Translations under genes and position numbers: made by a program | The notes under the pieces: generated by a model | Seen by the model: only the letters and a program-made list of their open reading frames with translations | What the model was told of the DNA's origin: nothing | Database searches by the model: none | In this document: piece after piece, positions 9,701 to 17,665 of the stretch | Layout of the letters: each line of letters begins with the position of its first letter | How positions within the stretch are numbered: position 1 is the first letter of the stretch | Source of the DNA: an uncultured virus (IMG/VR IMGVR_UViG_3300048502_000073) | Lineage: Duplodnaviria > Heunggongvirae > Uroviricota > Caudoviricetes | Virus record (IMG/VR): IMGVR_UViG_3300048502_000073 | Strand: one strand, 5' to 3' | Length of the DNA: 64,000 nt

Positions 9701-11851
9701 CACCGGCACGACCGAGGACTGGCCGCCGACGACCCACGAATACTGGTGCTGCACCCAGACGACGTTGGTCATCGTGGCATAGGCCGAGATCGGCGTGAGG
9801 CAGAACCCGGACGTGCAGTTTTTCCCGATCGACCCTGGTGTCCCGCCGGCAATCGTGCTCAGCAGGATGATATTGTTGTTAGGAACGCCGCGTATCCCGT
9901 TGTAAATAGCGACTTCTTCGGCTGTAACCGGCGCCTGGGAGACACCGGTTCCGCCCGCTGCCACAGGTTCGTTCGGCGTTGCGAACCACACGAGGGCGGG
10001 GTTTGTCGCCGAACTGTTTACCCACGTCGCCCAGGAGGTATACCACCCCACCTCGGACGTGAGGTTGCTGCCGGTCTGGACGCTGCATGTCTGCGGGAAT
10101 GCGTAATTCTCGATGACCGTCACGATGCCCAGCGCCGTGAGCCTGTTCACGACCGTCCCCAGCGTCGCGGGCAAGTCGAGTGACCAGTCATACGGGTTGC
10201 TGCAAGACGCGCCGTTCAGGCCCGATGCGAGGATTACGAAATTGACCCCTGGGAAGAGGGTCGTCAGCGGCTGACCAAGCGAATTCAGGACGGCGCTGGC
10301 AACGGCATCATTCGAGTCGATGGTCACGCCGCGCGCCTGGAAGGCCAGGCCGTTCGGGGACAAGATTTGGCCGGCGCTCGTGATGCTGAAGTTCCCGAGT
10401 GTCAGCGGCGCGATGTCGATGATGGCCGGCTCATCGGCCACCGGGACCGTGATACTCCTGCCGCTTGCGATCGTCTGCGTCGGCGATGTGCCGGTGACTG
10501 TGTCGTATGCGGTCAGTCCGTAGGCCGGCCCGAAGCTGACCGTGACGCTGGTCGGCCCCACGGTGATCGGCTGGCTGGTCGTGAAGTTCCAGTTCGAAGC
10601 GTCGTCCCAGATGACAAGCTCGAAATGGCCGTTCGATTTCTGGAAGAGCTGGGTTTGCGCCGTCGAGGGCATGCCCGACAGCGTGTAGGACAGTGACCCG
10701 ACTGTGAACGTCCTTGCGTTCGGTCCTGTGTCCTTCAGGATCGTGGTGAAGTTGTGGAGGTAAGTCCCTGAAAGAAGAGGAGTCCCAGGCGATGACATCA
10801 GGCCGAAGCCGTCACCTGACGTGTCCAGCAGCGCATAAATGCTCAGGACAGTCTCGCCATACTGCCAGGCGACGAGGGTGCCGTTGACGATGCAGCGGCC
10901 CTTCTTATCCTCGTTTATGTTGGTCGTGCCGCCATTCGACGTGTGATAGCCGAACTCGGTCGCGACCCTGGGGAAAGCCTGCGCTGCGGCAAGACTGGAG
11001 TATCCGCTGTAATTCCCATTGTAGGTCGTGACGTTGTCCCAGGTCTGTTCGATCGCAAAAGCGTTGCCGGCATTGCTGTCATTCGGCTGACAGGCCGGCA
11101 GGATGCCCGGGGAGTGAAGGAACTGCTGGTCCTGTGGATAGATGTGGTTGTTCAGATACTGTCCGAAGTTGGTCCCCGCCGGCATGATGACGCCGGACGG
11201 GGTTGGCGTCGGGATCGTCAGGAATTGCATCCCGACGTTGTCACTCTCCTGCCCCGGTTTGGATGGCGCGAATATGGGCAGATTTTTCAGCGCGCTATCT
11301 GCAAGGATGGCCGGCACCCAGTCGCGGGTATACTGCGCCACCGGAAGCCACGTGCAGCCACCACCGCCGTATCCGCCAGACCCTGTGCATGCGGAGCTGC
11401 TGGCGTAGCCGGAACTTCCATAGTCGGCTGTGGGATAGAACAACCCCGGTTCGTTGATGCCCTCCAGCGCAAAGATGGCGTTTGCATTCACGGCCTGGAA
11501 CGCATGCGCCTGGGACACGAATGTCGCTGGCGTCTGCGTGCCAGAGCTTGGATACGGCACCTCCGCGTCAAACGTCACGCCGCCGTTCACCAGAGATGAA
11601 AACTCAATGTAGGGATTGGTGCCGGGCGTGAGATTGATGTTCAGGCCGTCGCGTGCGTGGGTGATCCCGAGGTAGTTGAAGTCGGCGAGTAGCTGCGCTC
11701 CGTTCGAACCGTAGGGGCTTCCGCCGCCGCTGATGCCCGCCTGGGTTGACAGCAGGTTGAGGAAGTCCGCGGCGCGCTGCGCCGTGACCTGCGCGCGGGC
11801 GACGCTCGCGCACAGGATGAACAGCAGGAGCCATGTGCCGAGCCGGCGCAC
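6743..11851 (-). CDS. Large secreted multidomain glycoside hydrolase (two clan GH-A-like domains, Ig/cadherin-like repeats, Trp-rich repeats)
   Basis: Signal MRRLGTWLLLFILCASVARA; EGINEP...ATEFGY and TPNEP...HQY...IFEYG catalytic pairs; repeated TFTGSLNALNTLL and WQLNTxGNWY units. Confidence 0.75.
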   Translation of the reverse strand: MRRLGTWLLLFILCASVARAQVTAQRAADFLNLLSTQAGISGGGSPYGSNGAQLLADFNYLGITHARDGLNINLTPGTNPYIEFSSLVNGGVTFDAEVPYPSSGTQTPATFVSQAHAFQAVNANAIFALEGINEPGLFYPTADYGSSGYASSSACTGSGGYGGGGCTWLPVAQYTRDWVPAILADSALKNLPIFAPSKPGQESDNVGMQFLTIPTPTPSGVIMPAGTNFGQYLNNHIYPQDQQFLHSPGILPACQPNDSNAGNAFAIEQTWDNVTTYNGNYSGYSSLAAAQAFPRVATEFGYHTSNGGTTNINEDKKGRCIVNGTLVAWQYGETVLSIYALLDTSGDGFGLMSSPGTPLLSGTYLHNFTTILKDTGPNARTFTVGSLSYTLSGMPSTAQTQLFQKSNGHFELVIWDDASNWNFTTSQPITVGPTSVTVSFGPAYGLTAYDTVTGTSPTQTIASGRSITVPVADEPAIIDIAPLTLGNFSITSAGQILSPNGLAFQARGVTIDSNDAVASAVLNSLGQPLTTLFPGVNFVILASGLNGASCSNPYDWSLDLPATLGTVVNRLTALGIVTVIENYAFPQTCSVQTGSNLTSEVGWYTSWATWVNSSATNPALVWFATPNEPVAAGGTGVSQAPVTAEEVAIYNGIRGVPNNNIILLSTIAGGTPGSIGKNCTSGFCLTPISAYATMTNVVWVQHQYSWVVGGQSSVVPVSTIYNYILSEVAADQTIPTGDSNTPPVGIFEYGPSTTGTSQDASGQNNYIAVQETSFSTSAWNWDSGDCCNNLTNDTNALTSPYGTTTAAYIAAGQGPLVPKPSISSPISVATAVNASVAVNPITATDTAYPNDTQTFTGTSTGSGKLTATGATGNGTSTITFTGSLNALNTLLNTVSFIDAVSENPTLTFTVEDAHSLSGTDTTAVTVTPPVSSNCTIITTVGPQIISVGPPSATWSLTGVPGQVVVDGTVDSTTANVTELAYVSGVVWQLNTAGNWYSKTIPSQAWSAPTTTSPTASCTVGSLTITSPSAVSAVTNTATAISPVSASDTANPADTMTFSATATGSGKMTATGAAGSGTASISFTGTLNALNTLLGTLSFTDSAVETSTLAFTVSDQHSLTAHSSTPVTVAAPAGHPVVTAPASLSAVTGAVTAVSSVSATDSTYPNDTMSFTGTSTGSGTLTATGATGNGTGSISFTGSLTALNTLLGTMTFMDAVVEDPTLTFTVEDAHSATGSATTAVTVTGAISPNCTIVRTVGPAITSAGPPSATWALNGSNQVVVNGSVDGTISNVNELAYVSSLVWAGLTNGTWEYKSIPANSWSSPTSTNPTTSCGTGVTVTAPSSITAIYNTTTPISGVAAADPGNPNDQMTLTATASSGAKLYAGGQPSGQGTSTLMFTGLLSGLNSLLSTMAIVVPGPTIIYANTGETFVDGSGYIWSIGTGSGGQSLRNGVLPNGQFTANVTEMALVSGVVWSVNATQMWYMWSGSAWVAGTNPIGSPAAATIENGSPGSFMDTSGNTWTIVSGVAYENGSSPAFSANVQFLYLVGTMVWLENTSSQFYYFTAASGGNPASWTAGPNPIGAAVSVTVSFSVTDQHNNTGSANTSVMVTGSAASPNFTITRSVGVPITDALGEQFSITSGGQISVNGATDTTTANVVQLVWANALIWQLNTSGNWYYKANAAATWLGPTKVGPINRPSGLHSK

Positions 11852-14425
11852 TTAGTAATTCGTCCTCGTTCCGGCCCAGAAGACCCCCGCACTTTGCGGC
11901 GTGCCGCTGGCCGCGGTGATGACCGCCGTGAGGGTCTGTCCGCGGGTGATCGTGTTCGCCGCGCTGCCGCACGTCGTGGTCACGGGCGTGCTGGATGTGA
12001 CCACGATCCCGGTGCAGCTCGTCACGGCCACGCCGTTGATGTAGAGGCCGACCGTGAAGCTGGGCGTCGTGCCGCTCGTGAAGGTCGTCACCGTGCCGAT
12101 CGTGCCGGATGTGTATTCCCACGGCTCGATCTGCTCTGTGGTGTTGTAGATGGTCTGGCCGGAATCCCAATACCAACCGCCGCCTGTCGGTTGCGTCAGC
12201 AGGCCGATCCCCGTCGAGGCGAGAAAGTTGGAGAAGCCGCCGCCGCTCACCGATGTCGCCGCCAGGGCGGTGAAGCTGCCCGCCGCCGCCGCTGTCCCGC
12301 CGATCGGTGGCGGAGATGTCAGGATCGAGGCGAGCGTTTCGTTCCCGAGCACGCCGCCGTTGTTGTAGAGCAACTGCCCGTTGACGCCGTTGGCGATCGT
12401 CGACGTGCCGACCGTCAGCGTCCCGCCGCCTGTGATGGTGTTGCAGCCGAATCCAGTGCCGCTGGCCCACGTGAGCGCGTTCGAGGCATTGCTGCACGAG
12501 GGCATGGTGAGCGGCCCCGGGTTGGTCGCAGTCACCGCGCCGAGCACCGTATTGGCCGACACGGGCGCGAGCGCAATGGTCCCGGAGGTGGTGATCGTGC
12601 CGCCCGACAAGCCTGCGCCTGCAGTGATGCTCGTGACCCCGCCGCCACCGCCGCCGCTGCTGGCGACCCACTGCGCTTCAACAACCTGCGTGTTCAGCGG
12701 GATGACGGCCGAGAACGTGATGACCGATCCCGATAGAGTCCAGGTGTTGGCGCTCTGATGCACGCCATCGAAGGTGATGGAGATCGCCGCGGGGGAGCTA
12801 GGCGTGGTCGAAAGCGTTAGTTGCGTGGTCGTGCCGGGCGTATAGTTTGTGCCGGCAATGAAGTCCTGGACCACAGCCGTGCCGCCGCCACCACCGCCGC
12901 CCGTGATGGTGTTGCACCCGAAGCCGGCACCCGTCGCCCATGTGAGCGCTGAATTCGAGGTCGAGCACGAGGGCATGTTCAGCGGCCCGGGCGTCGTGGC
13001 CGTGACGGCGCCGAGGATTTGGTTCGCCGCGATCGACGCAAGGCTGATCGTGCCGGAACTCGTGATGGTGCCGCCTGAGAGCCCTGGGCCGGCGGTGATC
13101 GCCGTCACTGACCCGCCGCCGCCCGAACCCGAACTTTGCACCCACTGGATTTCGACCACTTGGGTATTGAGCGGGATGGCCGATGCGAAGGTCAGCGTTG
13201 TGCCGAACAGCGACCACGTGTTCGCCGACTGGTGGACACCGTCGAATGACACGCTGATCGCCGCGGTGTTGCTGGGCGTGGACGACAATGACAGCGATGT
13301 CGTCGTTCCTGGCGTGAAGTTAGTCCCGGCCAGGAAGTCTTGGACCACCGCGGTGCCGACGCTCGCCGACGCGTTGCACCCGAAGCCGGCACCCGTGGTC
13401 CACGTCAGCGCACTCGTGGCCGTGGAGCATGATGGCATACTCAAAGGACTCGGCGTCGTCGCTGTCACTGCGCCCATAACCGTGTTCGCAGTGACAGCCG
13501 CCAGCGCGATCGTGCCCGTCGTGGTGATAGTCCCGCCGGACAGCCCGACGCCCGCGGTGATCGAGATGACGGAGCCCGATCCGCCGCCGCCGGTGATGAT
13601 GTTGCACCCGAAGCCGCCGCCGGATGTCCAGGTCAGCGCGCTCTGCGTGGTGGAGCACGACGGCATGTTCAGCGCGCTGGGCGTGGTCGCGGTCAGCGCC
13701 CCGAGCACTTGGTTCGCGGACAGCGCTGTCAGGTTGGTGTAGGGCAGGAAGCCCGTTACACCGGTCGTCAGCGGGAGCCCGGTGGCGTTCGTGAGCGTGA
13801 CCGATACCGGCGTGCCGAGGATGGGCGCCACGAGCGTCGGCCCGGACGATAGGACCGGGCTGCCGGTGCCGGTCGGGCTAACCCCTTGGATGGTGCTGGA
13901 GTTGGTCCAGACGGCGACCTGCCCAGCCGTTGGCACGCCAGAACTGGAGACATTACCGCCCATGGTCCCAACGGCTACGCCGTTGATGAAGATTTCCGGC
14001 GCGTTGATCGTCCCGTAGCCCATGTTCCCGCCGGTCGGGTTGCCGACGACGAGTGAGGTCGGACTGAACGTCGTGATCGGCAGCGAAAAAATCGTGCCGT
14101 TCACGTTGAAGTTTAGCGTGTTGCCCGCGCCAGGCCCGAACAAGCTGATGGTCGGCACGCCGCCGACATAGCCCATGCACAGTGTCTGATAGGTCTGGTA
14201 TGTGGGCGCCGACTGGTCGCAGATACCAAGGCCCGAGTTGATGACGCCGACGCCGGTTAACGCCCCCGTGGCCGGCGTGGCGGGTCCGGCATCCCCGGCG
14301 ACTCCATTGGTGACGACTGCTAAGCCGTGGCCGGGGGTGACACGGCCTGACTGAAGGATGCCCTGGGCCGACGCGGCGGTGGTCAGCAGAAGCAGCGCCA
14401 CCAGGAAACGAGCGATCAAACCCAA
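11852..14425 (-). CDS. Signal-peptide-bearing tail-fibre-like repeat protein
   Basis: Signal MGLIARFLVALLLLTTAASA; four MPSCS...ALTW..G.GFGCN repeats and two VVQDF.AGTN...FDGVHQSANTW domains; GAGGAGG RBS, TTG start. Confidence 0.75.
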   Translation of the reverse strand: MGLIARFLVALLLLTTAASAQGILQSGRVTPGHGLAVVTNGVAGDAGPATPATGALTGVGVINSGLGICDQSAPTYQTYQTLCMGYVGGVPTISLFGPGAGNTLNFNVNGTIFSLPITTFSPTSLVVGNPTGGNMGYGTINAPEIFINGVAVGTMGGNVSSSGVPTAGQVAVWTNSSTIQGVSPTGTGSPVLSSGPTLVAPILGTPVSVTLTNATGLPLTTGVTGFLPYTNLTALSANQVLGALTATTPSALNMPSCSTTQSALTWTSGGGFGCNIITGGGGSGSVISITAGVGLSGGTITTTGTIALAAVTANTVMGAVTATTPSPLSMPSCSTATSALTWTTGAGFGCNASASVGTAVVQDFLAGTNFTPGTTTSLSLSSTPSNTAAISVSFDGVHQSANTWSLFGTTLTFASAIPLNTQVVEIQWVQSSGSGGGGSVTAITAGPGLSGGTITSSGTISLASIAANQILGAVTATTPGPLNMPSCSTSNSALTWATGAGFGCNTITGGGGGGGTAVVQDFIAGTNYTPGTTTQLTLSTTPSSPAAISITFDGVHQSANTWTLSGSVITFSAVIPLNTQVVEAQWVASSGGGGGGVTSITAGAGLSGGTITTSGTIALAPVSANTVLGAVTATNPGPLTMPSCSNASNALTWASGTGFGCNTITGGGTLTVGTSTIANGVNGQLLYNNGGVLGNETLASILTSPPPIGGTAAAAGSFTALAATSVSGGGFSNFLASTGIGLLTQPTGGGWYWDSGQTIYNTTEQIEPWEYTSGTIGTVTTFTSGTTPSFTVGLYINGVAVTSCTGIVVTSSTPVTTTCGSAANTITRGQTLTAVITAASGTPQSAGVFWAGTRTNY

Positions 14426-14470
14426 GTCACCGCGCCTCCTCGCGCGCCTGTCAATCTCCTTATAGGCGCG

Positions 14471-14845
14471 TTACCACTGTGCTTGCACGGTCGCTGTTGT
14501 CGGCGATATCAACGTCATGCTGGTGGATGGCTGATAGAAGCCGTAATATTGCCCCGCCGGAACGGCCAGACCGTTCGAACTGGTGCAACTGCCGCCGAGC
14601 GGGCAGATGTAGATGGTGGTGGTCCCATTGTTGAGCACGTAGAGCATGCCGGGGACCGGTGACGGCCAAGCGCCGGACGAGGGGCCGGTTGTCAGCGTCG
14701 AGAGCAGGGTGCTGGAATTGCCTGCCGAGAGCGTCCCGAAGCCCTTGACTGCGGTTGGGCCGATCGCGACCACATAGGCCGGGCTGGACTGGGCCAAGGC
14801 CGCATGGCCAAATACCAGGCCAAGAAACAGAACGAGATACTTCAT
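14471..14845 (-). CDS. Small secreted beta-sandwich protein (paralogue of 16672-17151)
   Basis: Signal MKYLVLFLGLVFGHAALA; shared KGxGTLSA...IYxCPLGGxCxSSxG...ATVxAQW. Confidence 0.75.
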   Translation of the reverse strand: MKYLVLFLGLVFGHAALAQSSPAYVVAIGPTAVKGFGTLSAGNSSTLLSTLTTGPSSGAWPSPVPGMLYVLNNGTTTIYICPLGGSCTSSNGLAVPAGQYYGFYQPSTSMTLISPTTATVQAQW

Positions 14846-14872
14846 CTTAGGAAAATGCCTCCACGAGCGCCT

Positions 14873-16678
14873 TCAATATGCCTGACAAGAAAAATGAACC
14901 ACGTCACCGCTCACTGTCGTTCCCGCTATTGTGGCCGTTGTAGTGGAATTCGCCGTTTGCGCTTGTGCGTCCGCGGGGGTTGTCCAATCCGCCGCAGTGC
15001 AGTTCCACCCATTAGGAGCGGTCATACCCGTGGCGCCGTTCATAGTGATGACAGCCGTGCAGGTTCCTGTTGTTCCAGATGTGTACGTCCCAGATGTGCC
15101 GCTTCCCACCGTTGCGCTTATACTACACCCGGAGGTTGTAAACTTCGTAGCGCCGACAACAACCGGGCCGTTCGTTAACAAACCATTAGCCGGCGAAGCG
15201 CCGTTACTCCCGACTGTCAATCCATGCGTGAGAAAACTAGCTGCCGCAGCGTTTAGTTCCACACCTTGCGTGCCGCCCGATGACAGGTAGAGCTGTCCGT
15301 TATCATTGCTAGATGCAACACCCTGGATGGCGGCAACGACGGAACCACCCCCCGCCGTTTTCAACGTAAACCCAGTGAACTGCGTCCCGCTATTTAGCGT
15401 CACCGGCACGTTGAAGTTCTGTATGCCCCCTTGTGGGTTAGTTGACCCCGATATGTATGCGGCGTTTCCGAACGCCGCCGTTACATACGCTTGGTTTCCC
15501 CCTGATGTTGCATACATAAGGTTGTCAACAGGAATATATGTGGAATTGTCGTTGTCGATAAGGTATTTAACATTGTTACCTGTGCCTTGATAATAGAACC
15601 ACACATTGCTCAACGACATGTTTGCCAAGTTTCTAATATAAATATGTGAATTAGTGTTGTTATTGGCTAAAGAATTATCTGTGAGGTGGACATTCGATAA
15701 GCCAACAACACCTCCCGATGTCAGGGTTCCTGGGTCAATGTGGATACCGTCACCTTCGTTTGCCCCAATAGTTGAGCCTGTAATCCAAAGATATGATCCG
15801 AAGCCGGATGATACTACGACGCCATGTGTCCCGTTATTGTAAATAGCGTCGTTACCAAGAGTTATTGCTGACGCGAAATACAGAACGATACCACTACCAA
15901 CACACGCGCCTAGACTTGAGTTACTCACAGACCAGTCGCTGACCCCGGAAAAGTATAAGCAGTCACTTTGAGCATAATTAACAATAACTTTATCTATAGT
16001 TCCAAGGTTTCTGTTCGTCCCTACATATACTCCTTTTGTTAGAGCATCCTGAATGTTGACATTCTCAATGTTGGCACCGACCCCATATTGGGTCCCAACA
16101 CTATAAGGTGCATTAGTAAGCTCTATGCCGTTACTTGTGCCGGTCTGATTGCTGCTGTTACCATTTATTGAAAACCCAAAAAACTGACTAGGCGTGGTGG
16201 TCCATGTTGATAGGTTCCCCAAAGGGTTGGCGGCTGATTTAATAACAGATCCATTCGAGCCAGCCTTCAGTGTAATCGTAACAGCCGAAGGTCCGTCCCC
16301 GTATAACCGAATCGGTTGTGAGATATTTATTCCTGATGTAATGTAGTTACCAGGAGGTAAATAGACACCGGGGATGCCTACCTGACTATAATAATTCGAA
16401 GTCACAAGCTGATTCTGGGCGGCTGTTACCGCTGCGTTTATAGCTGCGGTATCATCGGTTGATCCATCACCCTTCGCACCATAATCTTTAACATTTACGA
16501 CAAAAGCATAGCGGTTGGCTTCCGAAATTGCCGTCGTCCCGCCCGTCGCCGTCACAATCGCGCCCGACGCGTTCTGGCCCGCCAAAGGGAACGGACCATT
16601 GTTCGGTTGCGCCCAGGCTGGAAGCGTGAGCAGGACTAAGCAGAAGGCCAACAGCAATTTATGGAAAAAATTCACCAT
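14873..16678 (-). CDS. Signal-peptide-bearing tailspike/depolymerase-like beta-helix protein
   Basis: Signal MVNFFHKLLLAFCLVLLTLPAWA; VNVKDYGAKGDGSTDDTAAINAA...VYLPPGNY (pectate_lyase_3-type start); low-GC body. Confidence 0.8.
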   Translation of the reverse strand: MVNFFHKLLLAFCLVLLTLPAWAQPNNGPFPLAGQNASGAIVTATGGTTAISEANRYAFVVNVKDYGAKGDGSTDDTAAINAAVTAAQNQLVTSNYYSQVGIPGVYLPPGNYITSGINISQPIRLYGDGPSAVTITLKAGSNGSVIKSAANPLGNLSTWTTTPSQFFGFSINGNSSNQTGTSNGIELTNAPYSVGTQYGVGANIENVNIQDALTKGVYVGTNRNLGTIDKVIVNYAQSDCLYFSGVSDWSVSNSSLGACVGSGIVLYFASAITLGNDAIYNNGTHGVVVSSGFGSYLWITGSTIGANEGDGIHIDPGTLTSGGVVGLSNVHLTDNSLANNNTNSHIYIRNLANMSLSNVWFYYQGTGNNVKYLIDNDNSTYIPVDNLMYATSGGNQAYVTAAFGNAAYISGSTNPQGGIQNFNVPVTLNSGTQFTGFTLKTAGGGSVVAAIQGVASSNDNGQLYLSSGGTQGVELNAAAASFLTHGLTVGSNGASPANGLLTNGPVVVGATKFTTSGCSISATVGSGTSGTYTSGTTGTCTAVITMNGATGMTAPNGWNCTAADWTTPADAQAQTANSTTTATIAGTTVSGDVVHFSCQAY

Positions 16679-17151
16679 TGCGCCACTACCGTAGCCGTAG
16701 TGGCTGCAATAACTGTCATTGAAGTAGAAGCATTGAAGAAACCATAATAACCGCCAACAGCAATCGGTATCCCCACAGATGATGAGCAGGTTCCCCCCAA
16801 AGGACAGACATAGATCGTCCCCGCGCTTGCCGCTGCGTTTACAACATATATCTGTCCGGGCGAAGTTGGCCACACAGCGCTGTTCGGCCCGGTCGTCAAT
16901 GTGGAGAGCAGCGCAGAAGCGTTCGTGGCAGAAAGCGTTCCATAGCCCTTGATCGCTGGAGGCGAAGACGATGCCGTTACCGATCCCGATATAGTGGCGG
17001 TCGTAGGACACGGGTTTGAACTAGATGATGGCTGGAATATAGGCGCACCAGTGCTACTGGTCCCGGTTTGGCAGTATAGATCCGACTCCGCCGCTCTAGC
17101 CGACGCGCCCGCCAGCAAGAGCGCGAGGAAGACGAGGAGCCGAAGGATCAT
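16672..17151 (-). CDS. Small secreted beta-sandwich protein (paralogue of 14471-14845)
   Basis: Signal MILRLLVFLALLLAGASARA; ends ATVVAQW. Confidence 0.75.
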   Translation of the reverse strand: MILRLLVFLALLLAGASARAAESDLYCQTGTSSTGAPIFQPSSSSNPCPTTATISGSVTASSSPPAIKGYGTLSATNASALLSTLTTGPNSAVWPTSPGQIYVVNAAASAGTIYVCPLGGTCSSSVGIPIAVGGYYGFFNASTSMTVIAATTATVVAQW

Positions 17152-17435
17152 TTCTTTCTCCGCACGATGTCGATCAGCAGGCAGAACGTGGCATATCCCG
17201 CGAGGGCAATGAGCTGCTTGTTCGTCGGCTCGCCGCCGTTCCACAGCACTTGCGACAGCAAAGCCCAGACCGACCCGACCAGGATCAGGGTAAAGGCGTT
17301 GGTAATCGCGGTGAGCGTGCGTGCCGCGAGGGAGCGAAGCGCCAGGGCGAGCAGAGCCGCTGACTTGTTCGGCTCAGCAGCCGGGGGCGCCACTTCCTCA
17401 TCGTTGATGAGTTTGAAACCCTTCGCACCGCTCAT
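17148..17435 (-). CDS. Two-TM membrane protein
   Basis: Two hydrophobic helices, basic C-terminus. Confidence 0.6.
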   Translation of the reverse strand: MSGAKGFKLINDEEVAPPAAEPNKSAALLALALRSLAARTLTAITNAFTLILVGSVWALLSQVLWNGGEPTNKQLIALAGYATFCLLIDIVRRKK

Positions 17436-17665
17436 GACTTCTCCATCGTCTGCACGCCGTTCACTTTTTGCCGTATAGCACCAAATGTGGCCCTAGTCTC
17501 ATCCTCAGACGGCTGACCCTTCGCTACCTTTGCGGTGGCGATATGGAACGCCGACACAGCCTTGAAGATGTCCACCCTGTCGTGGAGCGATTCCGCGGCT
17601 TCGGCCCGGGCGAGAAGGTCCAGGGCGAGCTTGTCCAGGCCGGACTTCACGGTTTTGGCGCTCAT
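17432..17665 (-). CDS. Hypothetical protein
   Basis: Translationally coupled within the late operon. Confidence 0.6.
   Translation of the reverse strand: MSAKTVKSGLDKLALDLLARAEAAESLHDRVDIFKAVSAFHIATAKVAKGQPSEDETRATFGAIRQKVNGVQTMEKS

Noticed and set aside
5052..14018. Many long + strand and alternative-frame ORFs over the fibre genes
   Set aside because: Typical high-GC shadow frames with Arg/Val-biased composition and no motifs
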